Part shown: positions 26,221 to 45,101 of the stretch, one piece after another
How positions within the stretch are numbered: the stretch's first letter is position 1
How the letters are laid out: each line of letters opens with the position of its first letter
NCBI GenBank assembly: GCA_965644295.1
Contig: CBFFRP010000188.1
Location: 11,658 to 75,657, forward strand
Source of the DNA: Paraphysomonas bandaiensis
Lineage: Eukaryota; Protista; Chrysophyceae
Direction of reading: 5' to 3'
Length of the DNA: 64,000 nucleotides
Translations under genes and position numbers: made by a program
The notes under the pieces: generated by a model
Database searches by the model: none
Seen by the model: the letters and a program-made list of their open reading frames with translations, nothing else
Told to the model about the DNA's origin: nothing

Positions 26221-28660
26221 TCACACAGGGCTGGAAGGGCGGACGCTAGCAATTTTTTCAGACAGTTTAGTCATTAAAGGATGATCATCCCCTAGTGAAG
26301 GTGCTAACTGACAACGTACTTTGTCATAGTGCTCATAGGCGACATTGGCTTGATTGAGCTTTGCAAAAATATCACCTTTGCGTACAATAGCACTTGCCGT
26401 TTCCATACTGTCTTCTCCATATACATCTGTACATAGTGTCTGGACATCTTGAAGCAAGCTCAGTACTCTATCGTATTGCTCAAGACAAGTGTACTCATTC
26501 ACAAGGTCGGCATAGCATTGTAGTAGCTTGTATTTCATGTCAGGCAGAGAGGAATAACATCTGCGCGAACATTCAAAAGCCTCGGCGGCCTCCTCGTGCT
26601 TCCCAAGGGCACGCAGTACGTCTCCCATGAAATAGTTTAATGCTGCCACTTCACTTCGAGGGGGAGAGTTCAAAAGTGTAAGGGCAGATAAAGAATTCTT
26701 GTAGCTCTCTACCGCATCGTCTAACCGCCCCATAGACTTGTACAATTCAGCCATATTAGAGTATACCCTCGATACATCACGCTTTCGCCAAGCACATTCG
26801 GTGAATGATACAAGTGCTTTTTGATGATACTCAACAGCTTGAAGATACTCTTTCTTCATTCCATACGCTACAGCCAAATTGTTATAGGCATCACCAACGT
26901 ATACGTGAGTCTCCCCAAAGCATTGTATTCGTGTAGAGAGAGCTTTTTGACCATAAGATATGGCGTCCTCTAGCCTTCCTGTCAACCTACATACCTCCGC
27001 CAAATTCATATACGTACTAGCTACAGTGGGATGATCATTTCCGAGAACCTTTAGCAAGATTCCTTGGCAATTTTCAAATTCTGATAACGACTCCTCGTAA
27101 CGCCCCATTGCTTGATACACCATCGCTATATTATTATACGATGTAGCTACGTCAGGGTGGTTTGGGCCCAGAGTCGAAAGGCGAATATCAAGACATTTTG
27201 AGTTATATATTTCAGCCTCTTTTAGTCGCCCTTCATGGCGACAAGCCTCAGCACAGTTTCCATAAAGCGAAGCAACTGAGGGGTCTCGCTCCCCACAAGC
27301 TTTAACAATAACGTCCATAGCCTTCTCGAAGTTCGAAATAGCCAGTGAAAAATTTCCACGATGTACATAGACTAAGCCAATATTGTTGTATGAATACCCT
27401 ACCCACAAATGTTCACTTCCAAGTGAGGCAATATTCTCTAATAGGGCTTTCGTTGCGTAGTCCATACCATCCTCTAAGTGACCGTGTGCTGTACACAGTG
27501 CTGATAGGTCATTATACACTCCCCCTAAAGCCGGAGAATTTTCAGCACATTGCTCAAATAGTATACGTGCTTGCGTGTAGGATCCCTGTGCACTATATGT
27601 TCCTGCCAATGCTAGTCGGCGACGATAAATATCTAGCTCTGATAAACCGGTGGAATTTAGACTTTTCTCAATGACACCGGCTACCCAAGACCGCAGTCGC
27701 GACAAAATCATGGCATTGACTCTATCCATACCCACATGAGCTTTAACGACTTCAAATATCTGTGCTTTATCAGAAGGATTAAATGATTCGCTTCGCGAGA
27801 CATCTATAGCAGACAGCATTTTCAGGTACCCACTGAAGTCGGAGGTAATGGACTTAACAAACGCCTCTGTTTCGCCCTGACTTAATGCGACATCAAACAC
27901 ACTATTCGTAAATATTGCAGAGTATATCTCAAACAGACACCTGCATAAACAAGTGTTAGTAGCGTCACATGAACCCGAATTGTGCCGGTGTGTATATATA
28001 TTTCGTAATGAACAAATAGTAAGGTTGCATGCGTACCATGCTCTAGTGAAGGGAATGGGGTTATTCCATGGGGCAAGGACCATGACGACATGCCCAAACT
28101 GGCGGATAGCAGACATAAAAGTTGTGCTCCACCAATCAAAGTCAAGGGATACCGCTAAATGCTGAGAATAATATTCTTAAAATGTTTCCATTGTAGTTTT
28201 GCACTTGGCATACCTGATTGTTGCTGAAGAGGTCAAACCATAACACTGTGTTCGGTGCACTTGAAAAGTGAACACATAGTGCGTTAATTACATCTAAAAA
28301 TAAAAATTTCCAAGCATGGGATATGAATACATCAGCTACTCCCACTTCGGGATTGCCACTTTCCGATATCATATCACAGTAAGATTGTCGTGTTGATGCC
28401 GTTGCAGGCATTAAAAATCGAATATTTACATCGGTTGTGCTTAGGCCCACAAATTCATTTTCACCACCACATTTTTCAATAAACTCTTTCATTCCTTTTA
28501 TTGTAATACCGTTCTTAGGAAACGGGACAGTTTCTTTCTTACTGTATTTCTCAGTGTGGACTTTAACAGCATGCTGGAGATTATCATTTACTAAGTTCTG
28601 AATATATGATCCGCCTTCTGAACTATTATGATACTGATCAATGGACCCAGTTGCACCCAT
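26221..28660 (-). CDS. N-terminal HET/TIR-like domain + kinesin-light-chain-type TPR array (2 introns)
   Basis: FISHAW, LWFDLFSNNQH, LAPW and RAW..FE motifs; 42-aa TPRs (LGPNHPDVATSYNNIAMVY, LGNDHPTVASTYMNLA); MGATGS N-terminus. Confidence 0.85.
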
Positions 28661-29236
28661 ATGATCTTACTATGATTAGATATAATTGATAAGTGTGTTG
28701 ATTTGTATATGGCTTCTAGAGGTTGGAATGATCATGAATGCAGTGCACTAGTTGATTAGATAAGATAACACATCACTGTACAATACTGGGAAAATGTTTC
28801 AATCATACATATCTGTCTATTCGTCTTGATATAAAGAAGTTATTATGTTTTAATGTATCTATCAGTGATACTATGGATATATATGTATGTACATGTATGC
28901 TGTGTGAGTATCATATCAGGCAACAGATGCGGTGGCGGCTTTCATTGTATTCCAGTATATACAATGCATGTGCCGTTATATTTCCTAATTTTTATGATTG
29001 TAAAGTTGATCATACAGAAAATACCTACAATTTTATCTTAAGATATCGAAATAAGCATAGTTTTCATATGACGACCTGGAAATATTGTGGGTTTTTACTG
29101 TTGCCTGTTCAGAGTGATGTTCACTGCACCACTCTCACTCTATATATCACAACTATCCAGCAGTAACTATTACTGGAATCAAACGACTGGGGTAATTTCT
29201 TCTATCAAAGACCAGTTAACTAATCCCGTTTATCTA

Positions 29237-29995
29237 ATGTCAACATCAGTTCGTTCTGATCAAGATGAACAACCTCAAAAGTCTCCACAATATACACAAT
29301 TTGACGACTTGGCTTTCAATATGCTAACTTACTTAGAGACATTCGATGAAGTGTGTGACATTGAGTTTGTTTCTCATGATGGTCTTCAGTCTGTTGAGTT
29401 CAACATATGGGAGCGTAAGAACAACCCGATTGAGCTACCTTGGGATATGAAGGGGTTCTATGAGTTGTTCAATGGTTTCGTGTTGCGTTGGAAAGTATTA
29501 TACATTGATCAAGAAATCACCGTAGGCGAAATAAAATTAAACAAAATTGAAAATATTGCATCCATTCCAATGCAAGGGCATTTCATGCCTGCAGATGTTT
29601 CAGGGCTGAAAATATTACCACCCGATCTAAAGTCTAGCGTTGCTTTCTCGTTTGCCAGCTCCGAGGAGGGCCAGGTAGTTTTATTGTACAGAAATTCAAC
29701 AGAACCTAATGGAACAGGCGGAAGAGATCGAGGCTTTGATGATGAAGTTAAGGATAAGGGATCAAATCACGCTCCGCCTGAGATCTGGTTTATTGACTGC
29801 TCTTGCCGATGGCATTTCGTGTGCTTTACATTCACGCAGTACTTACGTTTGTGCATCATGCATCTTGGTATTCAAGGATGGCATATGATATTCACTCCTG
29901 AAGGAATCACAATGAATACAAGGCAGTGGATGGGTATGTTTTGCAAAGAGAGACTTTGTGTGTACCAACATGCAATATCAAGTGGTAGTGCTTGA
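29237..29995 (+). CDS. TPGS2: Tubulin polyglutamylase complex subunit 2
   Basis: WERKN..LPWDMKGFY..NGF.LRW and EIWFID...WHF...FTQYLRL...HLGI.GW. Confidence 0.85.
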   Translation: MSTSVRSDQDEQPQKSPQYTQFDDLAFNMLTYLETFDEVCDIEFVSHDGLQSVEFNIWERKNNPIELPWDMKGFYELFNGFVLRWKVLYIDQEITVGEIKLNKIENIASIPMQGHFMPADVSGLKILPPDLKSSVAFSFASSEEGQVVLLYRNSTEPNGTGGRDRGFDDEVKDKGSNHAPPEIWFIDCSCRWHFVCFTFTQYLRLCIMHLGIQGWHMIFTPEGITMNTRQWMGMFCKERLCVYQHAISSGSA

Positions 29996-30429
29996 TGTTT
30001 GCATTGTAGTCTATCTGTAATTCATTATCGTGAAACAGTGCATTAATATAGTATGTAATTTTGTATATTTTATCTCATGCTGAAGTGGTGTCTTTCGCTG
30101 ATATTCTTTTCATTGTCAAAGTTATAATGTTCTTGGACGTAATGCAGTGAAATGAATTTCAATGCAATTCTTTTCATAGATAAAAACACGAGAATATCAT
30201 TTCTTATTTCTATATATCTAAAACTAATAGAACATAATTCAAATTCACATATGAGTAAAACTATACGTATAAAAGATTCGACGGTGACCATTTCAGAAAA
30301 TGATGCACTAGTCCATAGTCCACGATCTCACTCTCATTTGGGAGTAGAATATAGAATATAATTAACTAAAGTTTCAGGCAATAGAGAGTGGCAAACTTCA
30401 TATTCACAACTATAAAACAGAGCTCTATA

Positions 30430-31166
30430 TTTCAATCGGTGACAAGTGTACAGATAGCTTCAATCATGAACAAAAAAGTGCACACTCCATAAATTTCAGC
30501 GCTCGTAATATCAGCCAATCAGACGAATAGTTGTGAATACGAAGTAAACACTTATTCGACACAACGGGAAATTCTAAGTTCCACTAATAAAAACAGTCAT
30601 GCTAAAACATATGACGTACATATCATACATACCTCGCGTTCGATAAATTTGTCTGTATCGCCGGTTTCGATTTTCGCAGAACATATATTAATTTTGGTTG
30701 GCATGCGAGCCATATCACTACAATCTTCAAGAGCGGCATCAAATGATGACCCCAACGATTCTATTCGAAACGAATGTATAATGCACGCACTCCTAAACTC
30801 AATTACCACATATGATTCAAACTCTGCTGATACCCATATTGACGCATCATTGTTGACTAAATTAGAAGGGCGACAATAGGGATCCCATGTGCTTGCCCCA
30901 ATAACTAAACACCCGGTAACTTGACGACAGCCGCTATCCCTCAATAGTGGCATCAACTTCTCTGACTTCAATATTGCTTGTTTAATTTCGTAGTCATAAG
31001 AACTAGAAAGCGGCATAACAAACGCTGCCTCTAGTAATTTTACCAAACGAGCATAGCTCACCTCACCACTATTCAATCTATTAAATAGAATACCAATTTG
31101 TTGAACAAATTCATCAACTGTAGGCTCTTTAGAGTTCATAACTGCATGAATTAGTAAATCCTTCAC
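30430..31166 (-). CDS. Hypothetical protein (partial model; possible galactose-binding-like C-terminal domain)
   Basis: 189-aa ORF with NLVNND..WVS...YVVIEF pattern; 5' and 3' exons unresolved. Confidence 0.45.
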
Positions 31167-31757
31167 GTCTTCATCTCACCTTTAAACTAGAGGCATGTAA
31201 TACAACTCATAGATGCTATGCACATGATGTAGAGTCCTCTCGTTACGACAAAGCATTAGGATAACTATAGCATGTTTCTTTTTCAATATTCATCACTGAG
31301 AATGCAATGCAGTCAACTTAGAGAGAGTCCATTGGAAGGAGATGCCTTAAGTTGTATATACTGAAGCACTCTCAGTACTCAGCAGTACACAATACATTCC
31401 TGTGATAGCAAAAAATCCCAAGTTTTTATTATGAAGATAGGCCGAAAACTGTGCTTTTTAGCTTCCACTGGGCTAGATTTCAAGATTTGGCCTGAAATTT
31501 CATCAGGTTTGTCTGCTTTTTTCTGGTCCGAATAAAGACGGTGTAGAACAGCTGGAGTGTATAGTGGTTGTTTCCATCAATGAAATAACTTGTTTCCTAA
31601 TTTACCACTGCTCATTGGCTATTATTTCCATCGAAGTGTATATATGTGTATGTATGTAGTCATGCAGCCTATATATATGTATATATGTACAGTATATATT
31701 CATATTCTAGAGAGATATACACACAACTATCTCTATTTAACACCCATATAGACCACA

Positions 31758-34184
31758 ATGGCAACTAACTACAATAAATGGGATTCATACAACACTGATC
31801 TTGAGACTTCTAAATTAGAACAACAATGGGAAATAGAAACAGTAACAGAGAGTATCAATACAGCCCAGAAACGCTTTCAATGTCAATTAGATCATATCAA
31901 GAAAAAATCTAAACAAACAATTGATTCACTTCGTTCAAAAGTATTATGATTATATAAGAATGATGATATGTGTTTATTATGGGATTGATAGGCTGCTGTA
32001 GAGGCACTGAAAGCAAAGAGTCGAAGAAGACGAAACAATCAGTCTGTTAATGAGGTCATTCATAGTTATTTATTATTAATTTGTATGGATGTTAAGTGTG
32101 TGTTTTATAGAATTCTGATAATCAAAGTGAAGTGAAGTTGCCGTCTGTGCAACTTGCTGATGCGATGGATTCATTGGTGGCAACAATATCTACAATCCTT
32201 GAAATCAATACCGCCACCGCTCAAACACTCCATGTACAACCATCCTCAGTCCTATATATCCCTTATACTGATGTTATTTATAGTCTGGAAGTTATATGTT
32301 GGCCTATGAGAAGGGACTCGACTTGCTGTGGAGGTTACCTAGTCTGGAGGATTCACTTAATGTTGTAGCTGATATATCTCAATCCAACGAGAACATGACT
32401 GCAGACGACATCATAAATGGTATCCGTTTCACAATATGAAAAGCATATCTACTATTGCATGTTGTGCCTAGTATATGTGTTGCTATATGAATGAAGGTGC
32501 GTTACTTTTCCGACAACTTCATGACATTTTTCTGCATAAAGAGATAAAGGAGGCCTTACCACGGGTCATTGCCAGCGCGACTGCAGCAGTAGCCATAAGT
32601 GCGGTGGAGTGTCGTGAATACGCTGTGGCTGCCGATCTTTCTCGTTGTTATATCAAGCTCTTTACTGCGTCCAAAGATTCTGCTGCCCCAGATTGGCACA
32701 AAGAAAAGGCTCTTGCTGTGGCCATGTGGCTGAGCAGAGGTCGGGCTTTTGTTGGTCTAGGTGAAAACTTGTAATAAACTTACATATTTGTCTGTTTTAA
32801 TGAGAATTTTAGGTTTGCCTTACATGGCCCATATGCACTTCCGTCAGGTAAAGCTCCTCCATCCCTCGTTCCCGGGGATAGATGACATTTTGAAGCATTT
32901 AGAGGACGACGAAGTGAAGTATGCGATGCGTGTGAACACGATTCCGTTGCAGGTAATTATCACGACCGTGCAATCGTCTTTAGTACTAGATGTCAGTATT
33001 TGCATACAAAATCGATATTGTTTTGTGTGAAGTGGTGTGATGCTCAACCGTAACCTGGATACAGGGCATGTTGCACTGTGAGTATAGACTACTGATGAGC
33101 ACTGTACAACCATGTGAAGTGGACAACAATTCAACGAAGAAAGGGCTTCACATGTACTCGGCAGAGCACCTTATCACGAACATGAGTCGTTGTTTTGGGG
33201 TGTTTCTAGATGACACTGCCAGTGACAGGAGCATATCTCACGAGAGTGATTTACATATGGAAAAGAGCGATGTGCATACCTCCTCCACGGTTTCCGATGA
33301 CCGTACATGCAATAGTCTTTGCCATCAAATGAGAATGTTAATGTCAGAAAGTGGAGCCGAGTCTGATCATGTGCTGAAATACCATACACTTATTAGGAGA
33401 TGCTTTTACGCCGCACAGGTGCTCTAATATATGTGTTTGATGCAACTGATGTTTGCATGCATTGGTTTATATTCATACGAGTGTACTGTGGGCACGATTT
33501 TGATTGTCAAATATTTTTAGGTACTTTATCTTGAAGGTTTGTCACGTGCCGCAGAGGTCAAGTACTGGCTTACGACATGTCTTCTTCATTCTTGTCTTAC
33601 CGCCTCGACTGCCCCCTCTTCAATTGCCGCGCCTCTTCCAAGTGAATCCGACACTGGCGGCAAGTATTACCGCACCATGCTGGCCTGTTGCCTTCTTAAT
33701 ATTGCTACATGTCGAGTCAAGCAGCCAACGCATCAATTTCGTCACACTATCGACATAGCCACGGATAGTATGTCTGCTGACAGCATCAATATACCCTACC
33801 TAATGACACTTTCCCCGGAGGAACTGTGTGACGCGTCGATTGCCATTGTTAACGACCCTTTGGCACATGTTAGAAAAGCCCTTATACTCAGTGAACTTAA
33901 GAGGTATTAAAACGTATGTGTAAAGAATCTGTTTGACACGTTGACGCAGATTCGATGCAAGTCGTGCTGCTCTAGAAGTCACGGGCTACTTGCTTGAAGA
34001 TACCAACATCACAACTTCATCGTATATTGTTGACCACGGAGAGGCGACTATATTCAGTCAGCGATACATTGTTGGGGCTACACAGCCCCTACCATTCATG
34101 GAACCAAGATCGCAGCAGTTTGTCAGCAATAGGATCTATGCTTTTATGACGTCATTTGAATCAAAGGTCAAGCGTTATTTGTAG
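31758..34184 (+). CDS. Hypothetical helical/TPR-like protein, multi-exon
   Basis: Chain of ORF fragments joined by GT-AG introns; N-terminal NYNKWD motif; TPR-like segments (WLSRGRAF, LLNIATC, AHVRKALILSELKR). Confidence 0.65.
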
Positions 34185-34531
34185 TCCACCGAAACCTGAC
34201 CGATTTGTAGCAATTGTGAAATTCTATATGTAGCTATAGTTTATTCTTTAATCTATTCTGGTGTATGCGATAGCGCCGTTTTAGGTATCACGAAGAGTGT
34301 TGGTATATACTGACACACAAAGTTGATTTCTAACCACTATTCTACAAGTAAAAGTTGTATGACCGTTAAAACACCCGCAGTTACTAGGCCTGCGACTATG
34401 TTACTCCGACATTGTATTCGTTAATATAATATAGTAACCGAAGTATATTTGTATAAATGCATGCAGTAGTCGTATGTCAGGAATCAGGAACATGTATGCC
34501 ATGGAGTTGTAATACAAGTGATAGCATAAAT

Positions 34532-34658
34532 CAGAGCGTGGTAAACGTTAATGGCCCATTAACCATTAACGGGTGCCCAGTTCCCCGCAATTATAAAATA
34601 TGTTCCCACAATTAGTAGAATGGCATTACCATTAATGGTATCTAGTTTCTAGGCCCTG
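34532..34658. mobile_element. Degenerate hAT-like MITE (second copy ~44686-44773, opposite strand)
   Basis: CAG...CTG ends; flanks GCATAAAT and GTATACAT (6/8 match); core TAATGGCCCATTAA...GGGTGCCCAGTTCCCGCAATTATA shared with ~44700-44760. Confidence 0.5.
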
Positions 34659-35003
34659 GTATACATGCGACGGAAATATTGGTACGTTGAAACCATAGAG
34701 TTAAAATAATGTCGAATATGTTATATGTTACACATCAATGGGCATAAGTAACTCGGCCTTTGATAATGATCAATATCATTAAATTGCGACAATATATTAG
34801 TCTCCTTATCTCCTTATACCATTATGGAAACATCATAGCAGTATTTAATACATTGTAATATCAAAACCGGAAACAGTAATCACATCAGAAACTTTGATAA
34901 CGTAAGACAAAACTCGGCGGTGCAGATACAAATTCTAACATAACTACATCAAAAAGATCCCAGATCTATCCGTCAGAGAAAATAGTTATGTTAATCAAAA
35001 GAT

Positions 35004-39350
<4,347 letters not shown>

Positions 39351-39912
39351 TATAATTAATATCAGACTATCTGGAATAGTCAAGAGATGAGTAGAGATGG
39401 AGATATTATCATAGGATGGTATTGTTATGTGTATGTGAGGGGGATTTGAGAGTATGAGAGCTTTCATTGACCGCCCTGCCCTGTCTGAGTACTCTCGGCT
39501 GTGTATCCGGACTAGACTAGACTAGATACAGCAGAGTACGCTACAGAGTAGATGTACACGTGGAGCATATGTACCGGAATACTTCTGTGAATGTATGTCT
39601 ATACGTACATACAGTACAGCAGTAGGACATATATATACACAATGTATTATACCATCATATACCTATACACACATGTTCCCATAAAATCTTAAAACGACAT
39701 TTTCAGGCGATGATTGGACAGATCTAAATAGAAATGTGTGACACACAGTGCCTGTACTCACCACAACTCTACATACATACACATACATACATACATACAT
39801 ACATACACACACATCCCGCTCCTATCACCATATCATCATGTATATACACATATATCGTGAGTGTGCAGTGTAATTATCAGACATATTATTCATATTCAAT
39901 TAAAAGAATAGT

Positions 39913-42352
<2,440 letters not shown>

Positions 42353-43276
42353 TCCAGTGATGTGTTTTCTGGCTAGCTAGCATTATACTGCTTCGCTCTT
42401 GTTGTTATATTCTGAGAGCAAAGAGTAATACGAATATGTAAGACCAAATTTAGTTACGCTGTAGTTGGCTGAAATACTTGACGTAGTCTTCTCAAGCTCC
42501 AGTAGCCAGCAGGCATTCGCGAGGAATGTTCTGTGTCATCTCAATCCCCATTACTCCAGAAAATAATATGCATTGTAAACCTGTTATTTTAAAATAATAC
42601 GCTGTCACAAACGTGCAGTAAGTGAGTGAGCAAGCATGCACTGCAGAAAAAAATTAATACATTAAATGAAACGCTTTAGGGGCGATGAAAATACACATGC
42701 AATTGATCTGCCATTTACTTTAGATTACATCGTCTAAGAGTCGAATGAATACTATTCATTATTCGTGATAAAAATTGTACAGACTTTGAAAAATTCATCA
42801 TCATAGCATGCTAATGCAAGGACTGATGCAATTCTTTCTTCTGGTATGAAAGTCATTATTTAGCAATCGTCAAGTATAGATGAAAACTAGTCAAAGCTAT
42901 ATAGATGATAGACTTCTACCTGAAACTAACTAGTGCAAATTCTAATATCCGTCTTCTGTACTCTGTATCATCATTTCACTCCTGTTTCACAGTTACATAG
43001 CTATGCAGCATCGTTGACTACAATATACTGTTTCTCACACTGTCCTTAGTATATAGTACGTCAATACATCATTATCATAGAGTATCATACATAAAAGGTT
43101 TACACTCCTTCGATTACAAAGTATCTACAGTTATGCCTTACAACTGCACGGCTTTCATTCGTGCATAATATATTAGTTTATTGCTACAAGTAAGTATATA
43201 TGTTATAAAATAAGAGCTACGCACATAACTATATGTCTTTATATTATATATGTAATCGTATACCATACATTTTGTA

Positions 43277-43385
43277 GTAGGGAATGTCTTATTATTAGCA
43301 ATGTAGGCGTTTAAAAGTCAGTGCTTAACTCTGAAATCCTACGAAAGCTGCGTGTGCGTCACCGCAAGCACCAAGGTGCAACCAG
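43277..43385 (-). mobile_element. Short 3' fragment of family A
   Basis: Conserved 3' module and terminal GACATTCCCTAC; possible 7-bp TTTTGTA flanking repeat. Confidence 0.8.
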
Positions 43386-43399
43386 TTTTGTACAAAAAG

Positions 43400-44000
43400 A
43401 TTGTTGACAGAAACAAACTGAGCACTTACTGCCAGTTGAAAAACGCAAGCAAGCTGCGAAAGAATAAACTACCACCTGCTAAGCTAAAGAGCATCATCTA
43501 TCTGTATGATATAGTCGAGAGGTATAAGGAATTATTCACTCATATTTGCGTAGGTGGTGTTTTGATGACGTGTTGAGGTAAACCCCAAGCGAAGTGGATC
43601 ATGACAGGAATCGTAGGAGTGCTTTTGTCTCTTTAGAGAGGTTTAACATTGTCTGTAAACTTTTGCAACAAGGTGAAGAATAACAGCCTGACCTAGATTA
43701 TGTCCGGGTGCAATTTGATGATTTGATTCGTCAGTACCTTGGGATGAAACTCTACCTGGGTGCAGACGGGGACATTGTTCAAAATTCAGATTTCAAAAAC
43801 GAAGTAGTCAAAATTCAGTGTGGTAGAGTAAAGAAGAATTGCACCGTGCTGAAAACACACAGGTGCGACACTTTTTGATAAATGATGTACCTGCGCACGA
43901 AGGTGACCTCCATGAAGAGAAAGATAGCGATGAGGAAGACAAGGCCATTGGTTTACATATAAGGACAACCTAAAGCGCAAGAAAGCGCGAGAAAAAATAA
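43400..44000 (+). pseudogene. Decayed hAT-like transposase remnant
   Basis: Stop-riddled fragments KNASKLRK and YVRVQFDDLIRQYLGMKLYLGADGDIVQNSDFKNEVVKIQ resemble stramenopile BED/hAT-type transposase C-termini (recognised from memory, not searched). Confidence 0.4.
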
Positions 44001-44253
44001 ACTTCCAACACGATATCGTTGCATGAATCATTTTATAGCCCTACCCTTATTTTTGCGGGGGGTTACTTAGAAGAGCTAAGATTATTATGACTGATTTTTG
44101 CAAGCGAAGGCCACCTAGACATCTCTCTATACATCTTAAAGCGTTAAAGTTTCTGCGTGCAAATTGGTATCTTTGATATGAGAGTGTAATTCAGAAAGTT
44201 ATTCTAAATCCAACAACATAATTGCAACGCCAATAATTGGATAATATAATGCA

Positions 44254-44606
44254 CCCTCAACAAAGTCGGACTCGTACTTTTTCGTGGTGTACAAGGGACA
44301 ATAATTAGTGTCCCTTGTGTAGGCATCTTGGGGACGAATAAAACAGTCATCCGGGAATGGGCCCACCTCAAGGGCATTCGGGGTATTGGGCTGCCTGATA
44401 AGTCACGCATACACGCTAATTCACCTTAAGAACAGAGAGCGAGAGTGGTTGCACCTTGGTGCTTGCGGTGACGCACAAGCAGTTTTCGTAGCGTTAAATA
44501 TAATAGGATATCAGAGTTAAGCACTAGTTAGTTAAATAGTTTGGCTACATCAGTTCTGACTCTTACACGCCTATTGCACATTGCTAATAATCAGACATTC
44601 ACTACG
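44254..44606 (+). mobile_element. Family A element with internal deletion (353 bp), 12-bp TSD
   Basis: TAATATAATGCA at 44242-44253 and 44607-44618; starts CCCTCAAC and ends GACATTCACTACG. Confidence 0.92.
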
Positions 44607-44780
44607 TAATATAATGCAATATAGTTACAATTATTTTTGTTAAATACCTGCCACCAATTAGTTGTCACATCAATCCTTACGCAAGCCTGCTGATGACCAT
44701 TAATGATAATGCCACTATAATTGCGGGAACTGGGCACCCATTAATGGGCCATTAGAGATTACCAGATACCAGGTCATATT

Positions 44781-44842
44781 AAGTTATTACATGTTCTGAC
44801 TTTTACACGCCTATTGCAGCTAATAATAAGACAATCACTACT
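44781..44842 (+). mobile_element. Extreme 3' fragment of family A
   Basis: GTTCTGACTTTTACACGCCTATTGC..TAATAATAAGACAATCACTAC. Confidence 0.7.
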
Positions 44843-45101
44843 ATGTGTGTTGTTTATACTTTAGATAAGTCCTATTCAATCTCAATACCCCTCTCGGCTG
44901 ATACGTACTATAATCTAATAACTAAAACTAGGAATATGTTATTGTCGATACTGAACCGATGGCTAGAACAGATTTCCATCCCTTTAATTCGATATCTAAC
45001 CTTTGTCAAGTTCATTGCTAGGGACGCAATAAGTAATCACAAAGTAATACAGAACGTAAAAAGTATTCATAATCACTATTAGTTTAATGTGTATCACTAT
45101 C

